Part shown: positions 1 to 32,871 of the stretch, piece after piece
Layout of the letters: every line of letters starts with the position of its first letter
Position numbering within the stretch: position 1 is the first letter of the stretch
NCBI GenBank assembly: GCA_032718475.1
Contig: JAUCBJ010002288.1
Span: 1-64,000 of the forward strand
DNA: 64,000 nt
DNA from: Nemertoderma westbladi
Lineage: Eukaryota > Animalia > Xenacoelomorpha
Reading direction: 5' to 3'
The notes under the pieces: generated by a model
Told to the model about the DNA's origin: nothing
Databases searched by the model: none
The model's input: the letters and a program-made list of their open reading frames with translations, nothing else
Translations under genes and position numbers: made by a program

Positions 1-19355
<19,355 letters not shown>

Positions 19356-19669
19356 TAAGAACCGTTAAATTTCGTAATTTTTAACTTTGTGGCCGTCTAT
19401 ATGTTGACGTTTCTCTATTAGAAATACGAAATCCGTCATTCCCAAAATATCAATGAGTGATGCTTTCAGTTTGCCTTAACCTGGTTATAAATAACAGCTG
19501 TCCATTTCAGCTTGCCCTTACACGCTTTAACTGTCATTTGTAAACCTTCTAACTAGGGCTATTTCAGTTAAATATGACAGTTTTAAAATTTACAATAGTC
19601 GTCTCCTTCATTAGCCTTCATTAGTCCCTTGCGCTCGTCCTGTTTTGTCTCAAAATTTTGAACTGAAAA

Positions 19670-20320
19670 ATTCTGAAGACCTTTATAACCATGAAAAGTC
19701 TCGAAATTGTGCGACTAATTGCTGATTTATGGCAGATGGATTCTCGCACCCATTGCAAAACTCGTCGCGTTCGTCCTGTGCAACTTGCTCTGGTCACCAA
19801 ATATATATCTTACAACCTTTTTATTATCAGTATTAGATAAAATGAAATTTCGTTCAATATGCTAAACCGTGTGGTTTACGAGTATTTGTCAAAACAATAC
19901 TCGTTATTAGGAGTATACAGTATAGTCAACACAGACTCGTCTCCATTACAACCATCGTGTACTCGTTCTGTACATCTGGTCATCAAAATAACTAGCATAA
20001 AACATTCCACTACCGTTCCGTCCGGTACTGATAAAAATGACATATCGTCCAATATGCTAAACCAGAGGTTGTTTTTTAGGAGTATTGTCAACACAATACT
20101 CGTATCCTGCATTAACCTTGTTGCGTTCGTCCTGAAGGCCCCACGCAAATTATAATTGGAAAATTTATAAACTTTTGCCAAACCAGTGTGTACCAAGTTT
20201 GGTTAGATTTCATCGAGGATTAGCTGAGTTATTAACGTCTAAATATACGGACCTACTTCAGGCACCGATTCAGAGAGGTACCCGTATGCTAAAGCTCGCC
20301 TACTTTTGTGGCTAACCCCA
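19670..20320 (+). mobile_element. Possible DINE-1/Helentron-associated (HINE)-like non-autonomous element fragment; boundaries approximate
   Basis: Contains gtgtaccaagtttggttagatttc and a 3' block ccgtatgctaaagctcgcc resembling ccgtatgccaaggcttacc at about 54100. The family assignment is from motif recall only. Confidence 0.35.
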
Positions 20321-20589
20321 CAAACCCATATCAGGTCCCACTGCTGCTATTATAGCCTGCCTGCAGCATTATTAGTCTGTCAGTAGCTGCATTTTTTGGC
20401 CAAATTTTGACAGATTTTGCCATTTTTGACCAAATATTCACAGATTTTGTTAAATATTTCAGCTATAACAAAGAGGGTACTTTTGCCCATTTAAATGTTA
20501 AAGTGAACACAACCGCGCTGGAAATTTTCTTCCAAGGGTTTTCCGGGTCTGTGATTTCATCTAGAAAGTCAATTAACTCACTTGACAGA

Positions 20590-21210
20590 GTCAAGTCTGT
20601 CTGTCATTGCTGACTGTCTGTCCGTCAAAATATAACCGACACCAACCACGAAAACCCCTATAACAAAATTTCGAGCTAGTAGGTATGTCTTCCTATTACT
20701 TTGACAGGCAGATCGCTGGACAGACAGAAATCCAGACATGTCGATTTTGTTAAAAGTGAAAACTGACGTCGGAAAATCAACAACCAGGATAACCCCCATA
20801 ACAAAACTTTTATCTAGTTGGAATGCGTTATTCCTTATATTTTGACAGACAGACACACGTACATACAGACAGACGATAATCTGACATTATAGACTTCACT
20901 AAGAATTAAAACTAACTTCGGAAATGAAATCAACGACCAAAAAACAAAAACAAGAACGTTTTAGCTAGGTGGCATGATGTCCTTATATTTTGACAGAAAG
21001 ATTGTATGACTGTGAGACAGACAGACAGACTGTCAAACAGACATATAAAGGCATAATAGTTTTTGTTAAAGTGAAAACTGACGTTTGGAATGAAATCAGC
21101 AACCAAAAAACCCTCATAACATAACTTTTAGCTAGAAAGAATGCCTTTGTTATATTGTGACAGACAAACCGTCAGAAACACAATCCCAGGCAGACAGTTT
21201 TCACAGACAT
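20590..21210. repeat. Degenerate tandem and inverted repeats (3-4 copies of a 130-170-bp unit with GACA microsatellites), probably transposon-derived
   Basis: Recurring blocks ttttgttaaa(a)gtgaaaactgacgt, atcaac(a/g)acca, cataacaaaactttt and ttatattttgacaga. gtctgtctgtc...cgtcaaaatataa at about 20595-20635 is inverted relative to ttatattttgacagacagac at about 20835-20855. Confidence 0.6.
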
Positions 21211-21922
21211 TTACACAGAGTATTAGTTATTATTAAGAAGAGTAGTAAGTAATTAATTATCACTCATAACTTTTGAACATCATTAGCTATTAATATACGG
21301 TGTGAAGTTTTGAAGTCATCATAAATTTAAAATGAAAATAGCCCCCCACCGAAAATGCCCCCCCCCCCCCCCCCCCTTTCTCGCTCACACTTATTTTACA
21401 AAAGTCTATCTCTATGGAATTAAAATTTAGTTATATATCTTTTTTTACATATTTTGTTACAACCCATTAAAAAATAATAAACTTCCTTACTTATCGAATA
21501 CTGTACAGGCCTCCTTCCCGAACTGCAACTACTACAACACATGAGGAAGTTAATTAAACAAGGCAGCAGAAAGTATACTGTTGATAATATTGGACCGGAT
21601 ATTAAAGCTTACTAAATGAGAGAAAAGGTTGTTTTGTTTGTTAGTGACGCCTATAATAACAGACGAGCAAAAATGGTACTACCAACTCTCTCTCTTGGAA
21701 GAATCATATTGACTACATCACAGACTGAAGGTTTCAAAAAAACGTTGGAATAATTCATTAGCAATATCAAACACACACCAGACCTGAGTAGGTCCGCATA
21801 TCATTGTGTTTGATCTTATCTTTCTTACGGCTTTGATTTGTTTTGAAACTGTAATTAATGATGTAATTTATGGCAGTATTCTCAATCCTCTAATAAAGCT
21901 ACAGAATAAATCGTACGTATTA

Positions 21923-22184
21923 TCTATACCTATAAAAATCAAATTCTCTCTCTCTCTCTGTGTTCGAACTCCTCCAAAACGGGCAGAGGGATTGCGATGG
22001 AACTTGGCATGTGTGTATAACTTTAACCAGCGGTCGTTATAGGCCACTTTTCAAAAAGTTTAATTCACGTTCGGTACCGGTAGGTACCGGTACGTCAGTA
22101 GGCCTATAACGGTACCAGTACGCCAGTAGGCCTATGCCGGTAGCGGGAAATACCGGGTAACATGCCTCGGGTATTGCCTGCTAG
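21923..22184 (+). mobile_element. Non-autonomous Helitron (262 bp)
   Basis: 5' TC (A|TCTATACCTATAAAAATC), internal (CT)n, subterminal GC-rich hairpin (taccgggtaacatgcctcgggta), 3' CTAG|T. Inserted between A and T with no TSD. Confidence 0.75.
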
Positions 22185-22577
22185 TATACCATAAACATCA
22201 TATTGACAATTTTTCGCAGCTGTACATTTTCAAATTATTGAATTACAAAATGAAAAGGCAAAGGGGAAGAAAGTGAGGAATTGCGGATCGAATAAGGGAG
22301 GGAAAAAATAGATGGGAAAGTCTCTGTTCGAATCTCGGAAGTTAATCTGTTTAAACTGTTTTAATTTATTGGGGAAATGTGATTCTAATTATTTTATTAA
22401 TATTCATTGCATGGAAAAACAATTAAATTAATTTCTAAAATCAATAATATTTAATAAAATCATTATACCATTTTGCCATTATTTCGAACTAACATCGCAA
22501 AATAATTTCTTTATCAGAGCAAGATTTATATATAATAATTAAAAAAAAAATAGGGTGTGATTATATTTTATTGATAA

Positions 22578-23125
<548 letters not shown>

Positions 23126-23205
23126 TTGTGTCAATGCATGCACTCTTTTCACATTACCTAATATTGTTGAAACTCTCACAGTTTGAGTTCTTCCAATTCT
23201 CTTAG

Positions 23206-23392
23206 GTGTTCCGGCCCAGAACCCCAGCCGAGTCTATGCAGCTGACCGGGACTCTACTCGAGTACACGCCTACGGCGCGCGTTACCCCGCTAGAGGCGTG
23301 TGCGCACGCATTCTTCGATGAGTTGAGAGACGCCTCCACCAGAATGCCAAATGGCCGGGACCTGCCGCCCCTCTTCAATTTCACAACTCAAG
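23206..23392 (+). CDS. GSK3B: GSK-3 exon: [62 protein letters not shown]
   Basis: GSK-3 subdomain XI ([21 protein letters not shown]). Acceptor ctcttag at 23205 (phase 0); donor CAAG|gtatat at 23393. Confidence 0.96.
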
Positions 23393-23849
23393 GTATATTT
23401 AATACTTAAATTGATGAGAGTATTTATATTATGGTATATGTTAACATTAAAATATGTCATGTTTTTCTCAATGTACTTGTATCGGCATGCTGCATTGCAA
23501 CTGCATTACACCATGTCCTGGAATATAGTGTCATCCGCCCGTGAAGAATACCAGGATTTCACTTTTCGGTCGACTTTTTACTGGAATGTTATGAAGATTT
23601 TTTATTTTTTTTTAACTTATCGTTATTAAGTGTTTTATAGCGCTTATTTCTGTCTTATAACCTGTACATATACTAATTCGTTTATTGTTTTGGTTAGATT
23701 CAGCCCTTCTGTATAACCTGTGTTTTTAGTAAAAACCTGGTATTATTCACATGGGCCGTGTCGTTATTCAGGTAACCTATACCCAAAACCCAACTGATGG
23801 AAATTAACAACAACAACGGAGTGAATACCAGAGGTAGAGGTCTCGCTAC

Positions 23850-23921
23850 GCGGACCTAAAAATCTACATCGTGGCGGACCTAAAAAGCTACGTTGTGGCG
23901 GACCTAAAAAGCTACATTGTG
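23850..23921 (+). repeat. 24-bp tandem repeat x3 (GCGGACCTAAAAA(G/T)CTAC(A/G)T(T/C)GTG)
   Basis: Copies start at 23850, 23874 and 23898. Confidence 0.9.
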
Positions 23922-24051
23922 ATTTATACTGGCCGACCATTCGTTCCCGGTCCACTTTTTGTGGTGTCGGTCCAGATGTGAATATTTAATTAGAATAGTG
24001 TGATACTATAAGTTGGACTTCTAGTTAACTATAAACCCAACTTGTTAAGTT

Positions 24052-27000
24052 TGTCCCACTTCTGCAGTATGCCCCACGTGTGCTGTATGCCCCACTTGTG
24101 CTGTATGCCCCACTTGTGCTGTATGCCCCACTTGTGCAGTATGCCCCACGTGTGCTGTATGCCCCACTTGTGCTGTATGCCCCACTTGTGCTGTATGCCC
24201 CCCTTTGTGCTGTATGCCCCACTTGTGCTGTATGCCCCACTTGTGCTGTATGCCACACTTGTGCTGTATGTCCCACGTGTGATGTATGCCACACTTCTGC
24301 AGTATGCCCCACTTGAGCTGTCTGCCACACTTGTGCTGTATGTCCCACTTGTGCTGTATGCCCCACTTGTGCTGTATGCCCTACTTGTGCTGTATGCCCC
24401 ACTTGTGCTGTATGCCACACTTGTGCTGTATGCCACACTTGTGCTGTATGTCCCACTTGTGCTGTATGCCCCACTTGTGTTGTATTTCCCAATTGTGCTG
24501 TATGCCAAACTTGTGCTGTATGTCCCACTTGTGCTGTATGCCCCACTTGTGCTGTATGCCACACTTGTGCTGTATGCCCCAATTGTGCTGTATGCCACAC
24601 TTGTGCTGTATGTCCCACGTGTGCTGTATGCCACAGTTCTGCAGTATGCCCCACTTGTGCTGTATGCCACACTTGTGCTGTATGTCCCACTTGTGCTGTA
24701 TGCCACACTTGTGCTGTATGTCCCACTTGTGCTGTATGCCCCACTTGTGTTGTATGCCCCACTTGTGCTGTATGCCACACTTGTGCTGTATTTCCCACTT
24801 GTGCTGTATGCCACACTTGTGCTGTATGTCCCACTTGTGCTGTATGCCCCACTTGTGCTGTATGCCCCACTTGTGCTGTATGCCCCACTTGTGCTGTATA
24901 CCCCACTTGTGATGTATGCCCCACTTGTGCTGTATGCCAAACTTGTGCTGTATGTCCCACTTGTGCTGTATGCCCCACTTGTGCTGTATGCCCTACTTGT
25001 GCTGTATGCCAAACTTGTGCTGTATGTCCCACTTGTGCTGTATCCCACACTTGTGCTGTATGTCCCACTTGTGCTGTATGCCACACTTGTGCTGTATGCC
25101 CCACTTTTGCTGTATGCCACACTTGTGCTGTATGCCACACTTGTGCTGTATGTCCCACTTGTGCTGTATGCACCACTTGTGCTGTATGCCACACTTGTGC
25201 TGTATGTCCTACTTGTGCTGTATGCCCCACTTGTGCTGTATGCCCCACTTGTGCTGTATGCCCCACATGTGCTGTATGTCCCACTTGTGCTGTATGCCCC
25301 ACTTGTGCTGTATGCCCCACTTGTGCTGTATGCCACACTTGTGCTGTATGCCCCACTTGTGCTGTATGCCCCACTTGTGCTGTATGCCCCACTTGTGATG
25401 TATGCCCCACTTGTGCTGTTGTCGCACTTGTGCTGTATGCCCCACTTGTACTGTATGCTCCACGTGTGCTGTATGCCATACTTGTGCTGTATGCCCTACT
25501 TGTGCTGTATGCCCCACGTGTGCTGTATGCCCCACTTGTGCTGTATGCCCCACTTGTGCTCTATGCCACACTTGTGCTGTATGCTACACATGTGCTATTG
25601 TCGCACTTGTGCTGTATGCCCAACTTGTACTGTATACCCCACTTGTGCTGTTGTCGCACTTGTGCTGTATGCCCCACTTGTGCTGTATGCCCCACTTGTG
25701 CTGTATGCCCCACTTGTGCTGTATGCCCAACTTGTGCTGTTGTTGCACTTGTGCTGTATGCCCCACTTGTGCTGTATGCCCCACTTGTGCTGTATGCCCC
25801 ACTTGTGCTGTATGCCCAACTTGTGCCGTATGCCCCACTTGTGCTGTATGCCACACTTTTGCTGTATGCCACACTTGTGCTGTATGCCACACTTGTGCTG
25901 TATGTCCCACTTGTGCTGTATGCACCACTTGTGCTGTATGCCACACTTGTGCTGTATGTCCTACTTGTGCTGTATGCCCCACTTGTGCTGTATGCCCCAC
26001 TTGTGCTGTATGCCCCACATGTGCTGTATGTCCCACTTGTGCTGTATGCCCCACTTGTGCTGTATGCCCCACTTGTGCTGTATGCCACACTTGTGCTGTA
26101 TGCCCCACTTGTGCTGTATGCCCCACTTGTGCTGTATGCCCCACTTGTGATGTATGCCCCACTTGTGCTGTTGTCGCACTTGTGCTGTATGCCCCACTTG
26201 TACTGTATGCTCCACGTGTGCTGTATGCCATACTTGTGCTGTATGCCCTACTTGTGCTGTATGCCCCACGTGTGCTGTATGCCCCACTTGTGCTGTATGC
26301 CCCACTTGTGCTGTATGCCCCACTTTTGCTGTATGCCCCACTTGTGCTGTATGCCCCATTTGTGCTGTATGCCCCACATGTGCTGTATGCTCCACTTGTG
26401 CTGTATGCCACACTTGTGATGTATGCCCCACTTGTGATGTATGCCCCACTTGTGCTGTATGCCCCACGTGTGATGTATGCCACACTTGTGCTGTATGCCC
26501 CACTTGTGCTGTATGCCCCACTTGTGCTGTATGCCCCCCTTGTGCTGTATGCCACACTTGTGCTGTATGCTACACATGTGCTATTGTCGCACTTGTGCTG
26601 TATGCCCAACTTGTGCTGTATGCCCCACTTGTGCTGTATGCCCCACTTGTGCTGTATGCCTCACTTGTGCTGTATGCCCCACTTTCGCTGTATGCCCCAC
26701 TTGTGGTGTATGCCCAACTTGTGCTGTTGTTGCACTTGTGCTGTATGCCCCACTTGTGCTGTATGCCCCACTTGTGCTGTATGCCCCACTTGTGCTGTAT
26801 GCCCCACTTATGCTGTATGCCCCACTTGTGCTGTATGCCCCACTTGTGCTGTATGCCCCACTTCTGCTGTATGCCCCACTTGTGCTGTATGTCCCACTTG
26901 TGCTGTATGCCCCACTTGTGCTGTATGCCCCACTTGTGCTGTATACATGCCACACTTGTGCTATATGCCCTACTTGTGCTGTATGCCCCACTTGTTCTGT

Positions 27001-27364
27001 ATGCCCCACTTGTGCTGTATGCCACACATGTGCTGTATACATGCCACACTTGTGCTGTATGCCCCACTTGTGCTGTATGCCCCACTTATGCTGTATGCCC
27101 CACTTGTGCTGTATGCCCCACTTGTGCTGTATGCCCCACTTGTGCTGTATGCCCCACTTGTGCTGTATGCCCCACTTGTGCTGTATGCCCCACTTGTGCT
27201 GTATACATGCCACACTTGTGCTATATGCCCTACTTGTGCTGTATGCCCCACTTGTTCTGTATGCCCCACTTGTGCTGTATGCCACACATGTGCTGTATAC
27301 ATGCCACACTTGTGCTGTATGCCACACTTGTGCTGTATGCCCCACTTGTGCTGTATGTCCCACT
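24052..27364 (+). repeat. 18-bp minisatellite (GCCCCACTTGTGCTGTAT, about 184 copies) filling most of the last GSK-3 intron
   Basis: Unit visible throughout, with 17- and 22-bp variants. The array ends about 90 bp before the terminal-exon acceptor. Confidence 0.98.
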
Positions 27365-27452
27365 CTAACTGTTGTCGTACTTGGTCATATAGATCAGGCT
27401 GAACTTCCTTGCTTTTCGAAACTAAACTAATATACCTTTTGTCTTCCCTCAG

Positions 27453-27685
27453 AGGCTAAGATTCAACCGGCACTCAACCACATTCTACTCCCAGCTCACA
27501 TTCACTCGTCCACAACAGGTTCCTCTTCGTCTCTCGCCGTCGGCGGCGCCTCGTCCACCAACGCGGGGGCCCCCGGCCCCTCCCAGCAGCCCCGAGCAAC
27601 AACTCTAGCGACCGCCGTACCGACCTTCGCTACCGACGAATCCGGGGTCCGGGCAACCGACGCTACGGCTACCACATCCTCGTAG
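27453..27685 (+). CDS. GSK3B: GSK-3 terminal coding exon: (E)AKIQPALNHILLPAHIHSSTTGSSSSLAVGGASSTNAGAPGPSQQPRATTLATAVPTFATDESGVRATDATATTSS*
   Basis: Polypyrimidine tract ending cttccctcag at 27452. The phase-1 join G|AG gives FNFTTQ-EAKIQPALNHILLPAH, matching the GSK-3 QE..I.P.L...L.P.H tail, followed by a low-complexity S/T/A tail and TAG at 27683-27685. Not in the ORF track. Confidence 0.85.
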
Positions 27686-30600
27686 CGAGTAACCAATGGG
27701 TCTACTACTTTTCACTTTTCGCTATTATTCTAACACTATACTTATATAGTTACTCAGGTTATGGCGGAATTCCCAAACTCTGGCGATATTTCTCTCAAAA
27801 CTTATTTGGGAAGTTGCCTAATTTGGCTATTTGCCTAACTTGGCTACCGCCCCAGTATTTGCCTAACATGGCTATTTCTATGGCCTCCCTTCTCCCTCTA
27901 TTGGTGCGACTATTTTGTAGCCAATAGCGACGACGTATAATCTTCACGCTATCACTATTATAGCATAAGTAGTATTGCTTGTTTTTTTTTCTCACAATAA
28001 TTATTTTAATTATATATAACTTACATATATAGTTTACGACTTTTCTAAGAAAAACAAAATGATTTTTGAAACTTGAAACTTATTTACGATTTTTCCAAAT
28101 TTAACATATTTTCAAGAAATTGCAACTTTATTTGTATACGTTTGTTTGTTTCGTAAACTTTTTCTCATTACTCAGATTTGCGTCTGTTATATTTCACGTT
28201 TAACTATATATATGACGCCCCTATAAATCTATACCTCTTGCTATTGGAATGCATGTTGTAGCTGTCTTTAAATGTTATTTATAGAAGAGCAACCAAATTA
28301 TTACTTGTACAAAATTGTTTAGTGGAACGTATCATTGGAGGGGGGTGGTGATAGACACTCTGTAGTTATTATTATTATTATTAAGTATTTTCATACTAAC
28401 CCTTCTACATTTTTAATGAACTGGAAAATTATTAAATACGATTTTCAACTTGAAAAATATTTTACTCAAGAATAACTATAATTGAATGAGTGCACAATTA
28501 AATTTCAATTTAAATGTACAAAATATTCATCAATTTCATGCAAATTGTAATAAAATATGGGAAGTTACCCATGTCATCAGAAAATGGCACTATATTGCGG
28601 GTGCGATTAAAATTTGGGTTGAAACGAAAAAAACTCCAACATAAAATTTGTCACTTTAATTCCAGTATATAAAGTACTACTATATAACAACTGCTACTTC
28701 AATTTTTTTAATAATAATAATAAATATTAATTATAATATTCAATCCTACATTGTTTGTTGTGGGTTTCGTTTAGATGCAGATTGGCTTCAAGTTGTTATC
28801 AAATTGACATTGTATTACTTCGATTCTTGTGGGGCGAGACACGCAGTAGGCGGTCCTTGGCATTGGTACGTATGCTATGCAGTCCGTCAAAAGTTTAGTA
28901 AGAATTTGAAGATTGGTCAAAAATGAGGCAGTCTGTCAGCTGGTACCGGTAGATTCAGACTTTTGATAAAAACCGAAATAAGTCGGTCAATCATTGATGA
29001 AATTAAACCAAACTTGGTATGTATGCAGTCTCGTGCTGCGCGAAGGCTCCACGAACGCGTTGTTATTTCGAAACATAAGATATTTTCGAAGACGCTCGTA
29101 ACGTAGAGTTATAGTTAGTTCCATAATCTGAAACTGAGAAAAACCAAACCAAAACCGCCTTAAAAGGATTTCAGTTTTCCCTTTTATGTCAATCTATGAT
29201 TTATTTATATATATAATATGATATTAAAGTCAATCTGCTTTCTCGTGTGTGTATATACATATTATTGTTCGTCAATATACACAGGCAGGCAGTCCTCTCT
29301 ATAACTAACAGTATTGTATATATATATATTTAGTGTTATTTCGCGTATTTTTTCACTATATTGCTCGAATAATGGCTATGCGACCTGTTTAGCACATTTT
29401 AACTGTGTAACTTTAAATAGCTGTAGATTGTGTTTAGCTTAAAATACTTCATTATTTTAATTCATTGTTTAAAAAATATAAACTATTCGGGTAGAGAATA
29501 TATTCTAATATATTATTATTATATATTGTGTTATTTTTAGTCTATGTGGCGCCCTGTATTGTACGTTAGGCATTATTATAGTAAAGTTATGTAAATATAA
29601 GTCTCAATATATTATATCTATACTTATCCTGTGTAGATTAATACTGCCATCCCTTTATAATGAACTTTATCGTGACCAAATTATACGGGCGGTGGTATAA
29701 ATTCAATGTTACATAACTAACTGTCCTAAATGTTTATTGTAGATATATTATTATATTATATACTCCATTGAAAATAAAAGTAAACTTGTTTTCCTTTTCT
29801 AGACACCCTTCACACAACAGATTTAAGTTTTGTACATCTAACATTTATGCGAGTGTGGGGGGGGGGGGGGGTTGTGTGATGGATGCAAATCCCATCTCGG
29901 TTAATTAGCAAAAATTATGATAATTTAAAAGTAAATTATAAATTAATGGAAAGGATCAAGGTTACAGTTGAATATTCTCTCATAATCAACTGTTTTCGAT
30001 GTAAAAAAAAACTAAAAAGCAACTGGTCCTAGACTGTTACATGTAATCAGTGATCAGCTGACGGCAGTAGCTGACCGGTAGGTTTCGCCTCACGATGGAA
30101 GACATTCTCAGGAGCCCAAGCCGATGACATTTAGAGTCAGAAGTCCCAAATAGAGAAGGAACGACCGGAATGAAACTAAGATATGTACCAGTAACTGGGA
30201 AGCAGCATCGCAAACTTGCGACAATAACGTTTCTGCATGTTGATAATGGGCCGGTGCGTGCGAATATAATGCATTTCAAGCTTTTGGATGAACAGGCAAC
30301 AATGGGTGCCGTGCAATTACTTTGATCTATTAAATGTTTAAATAGCTCGCGCCAGTCAGTCCGAATATGAATAATATTATAATTATCAATTGATGATGTT
30401 TTTTTGAGAAAAGTTAATGGCGTTTAGATCAAATAAAAATGGATAATTTATATCCAAACAATAAGGACCCTATACCACAACCCCTCTGGATAAATTTGGT
30501 ATATAAATACAACAATAAATCCAGTGACAAGGATTATTTTGGTCGCACACTGCCATTACCATTCCCGGGTTAGTGACGTAGAACTTTAGGAGACAATCGT

Positions 30601-32067
30601 GAAACAACGCGTACACCTTTTTATGTAAAAAGTGTACCTCACAGCAGCTTCCAAAGATGTACACCATGGCCCGTAATTATATGATGTTAGACAACCACGA
30701 ATTTAGAGGGATTGTGATATTAATATGAAAACAATAAATCATTCAGCATTCATTTAGCAAAGCATTCAATTTGTGACAACTCTCAATCGTGATGTAATTA
30801 ATAATAAGAGCTTCGCTTATAATGAGGGTCTGAAATATCGCCATATATTAATTATTTATTAAGTTAGAGGTAAGACAGCACACGTATATCTGATGCAATT
30901 GTCCAGGTTATCAACAACGCTTAGCTATAGAGACCTACCTGGTTGTGGCGCATGTAAAACTTCTTTGATTTCGTATTATCGGCGATATATTAACCAATGA
31001 GTTTACCAGTAGAATATCAAATATAACGACAAATAATTATAATTCAATTATTAACAACAAAGGCAATAGGCCTTAGAGCTTGTAATAATCACCAGTCATT
31101 AAAATCTGACCGGAGCTTTACCCTCTGCATGGGTATGTGACTTCACTGTCAAACTGATAATAAAATAACAAAGAAGTGGCAAGCAATTGGATTAACACTG
31201 TCTATATAGAGGCTAACGGGAATGAGCGTACAGCACCACCAAGACATCTGGCAATAAGGCACTAAGACAAGTTGGATATGCAGATATTGGCACTATATAG
31301 CGTCAAACTTTTGGTAATACATAAAATCAAATAAAAGGCATCGGTATTATGACGCAACCAACTTTATAAATATAAATGGTGTTTTGAACTTAAGTTTAGC
31401 AAAATAAGTACCGGTACCGGTAATCTAAAATAGCCAAGAACATACTTGCATTAACATGCGTAGCTATTCATACTTAAACAAAATGTTCTAGAACATCGTG
31501 TATTTATTAAATAGAATAAATGGCCTTCAGCGAACAATAATTCTTACAATCTTTGAAAGCCTATATCTCAGCTGTTTCTCAACGAAGTTCAGGTATTGTT
31601 ACATATTTGAAATCCTTGCAACGCAAGCTTCCTAATAATATGAAAAAATTACGTCTAATATGAAGAATGGCCTCGATACGGAAGGTGCGATTTCGCAAAA
31701 TACACTTTTTTAAAATGCTATAAAAACAAATTTAAAGGCAAAATTCCGGCCTCATGGGATCAACCACGGTGAGTGAAACTACAGTTAATTGTGTTTCAGA
31801 TTTCAAGCAATATGTTAAAGATTAAAAGTAAAATCTGGGGGGGTGGGGGGGGGGGGGTCCTTGTCATCAGAAAATGACAATTTATTACGGGCCATGGAGT
31901 AATAATTATTGGGGTTGGAATTTATAAATATTTATTACATTATCTTCAATTTCGTGAAAAAAACAATAGGCCTACCCTAGACATATTCTTTCCAAATAAT
32001 AATTTACAGGAATGTAAGTATACTGAATATAGTATATATTATATTTGTGTTTTTCTTTTTTTTGTCA

Positions 32068-32691
32068 TTACAGCACTTCGCGAGTCTCTCCTCCAGCAGG
32101 GCCTGTGCGGTCTGATGTTGGGGAGGTTTTATTGACGGGACTCGGTGCCTTATATAATGCGTTGGCCGCCAATAGAGCGCAGGTTGCCCCACTAGTACAT
32201 AGCAACGCGATGACCATAAAGTATATAGCAAGCCAGAAATTATCGTATAATAAACATGAAGAATCATCAGTGCATTTTTTTTGCCAGAGAATGCAAGCAC
32301 TGTCAATGAGACCTCCCAACGCAATAGGCCCTGGAATTTGTCCGAATATTTTATAAGACATGTTGTGGAATCCCATAGCTAAACTTCGGTGTTTATGAGG
32401 GACACATCGCATGATACATTCTATAGCAGGAATAGAGTATAGGAATAGTAAAAAAAAGAAAAGGAAACCAAAACAGTAGAATATATAGGACATTCCACAA
32501 TCAGACTGACACATTCCGTCTGTTAGTGTTTCTGTTGGTGGCGACGGCGTTACACAGTGGCAGGTTGAGCTGTCTTGGTTGCAGCCGGCGAAGCACGGGT
32601 TGTAGAATGTTAGGTTGTTAGATCCGCACACTGGGTTGTAGTTAAGTAGAGAACAGCCGCATCCTTGGTTACAGTTACTGGAGAACAGATC
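32068..32691 (-). CDS. SLCO/OATP organic anion transporter, last coding exon (Kazal-like loop, TM10-12, stop)
   Basis: CNQGCGCS..YNPVCGSNNLTFYNPCFAGC Kazal-type motif, RCVP..RSLAMG, IPGPIALGGLIDSACILW and CLLYDN. Acceptor attcag at 32692 (an in-frame AAG 6 nt upstream is an alternative); TAA at 32068-32070. Confidence 0.92.
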   Translation of the reverse strand, partial: DLFSSNCNQGCGCSLLNYNPVCGSNNLTFYNPCFAGCNQDSSTCHCVTPSPPTETLTDGMCQSDCGMSYIFYCFGFLFFFLLFLYSIPAIECIMRCVPHKHRSLAMGFHNMSYKIFGQIPGPIALGGLIDSACILWQKKCTDDSSCLLYDNFWLAIYFMVIALLCTSGATCALLAANALYKAPSPVNKTSPTSDRTGPAGGETREVL

Positions 32692-32823
32692 CTGAATCTT
32701 AAATGAAAATGACAATATATTAATCATTATGGGACAAACTATTACATATTTATTGTTGTTTTATACTCTGATAAATAGGTGAAAAATATATTTACGCAAA
32801 GATATATAATTGAATAACGTTTC

Positions 32824-32871
32824 TGTTAGCAGATCCAATTCGCTGCACCACCCAGTGGAAAATGGGGAAAG
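32824..32871 (+). repeat. 48-bp remnant of the 5' LTR
   Basis: Matches 46713-46760 with 2 mismatches, then jumps to gag-like sequence. No PBS is seen. Confidence 0.9.

Noticed and set aside
24025-27430. Long repetitive ORFs in all frames (VLYAPL, CCMPHL, AYSTSG, GHTAQV) resembling metallothionein, ice-nucleation or antifreeze proteins
   Set aside because: An 18-bp unit is open in all six frames by construction. It lies inside a GSK-3 intron and has no unique N- or C-terminal domain.
27686-29800. GSK-3 polyadenylation site
   Set aside because: Several AATAAA hexamers occur in AT-rich DNA (about 28549, 28718, 29773), and none can be chosen without transcript data.
30664-31897. 14-bp inverted repeat CCATGGCCCGTAAT ... 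ATTACGGGCCATGG suggesting a 1.2-kb DNA transposon
   Set aside because: No target-site duplication is visible and the match does not extend, so it is not called.
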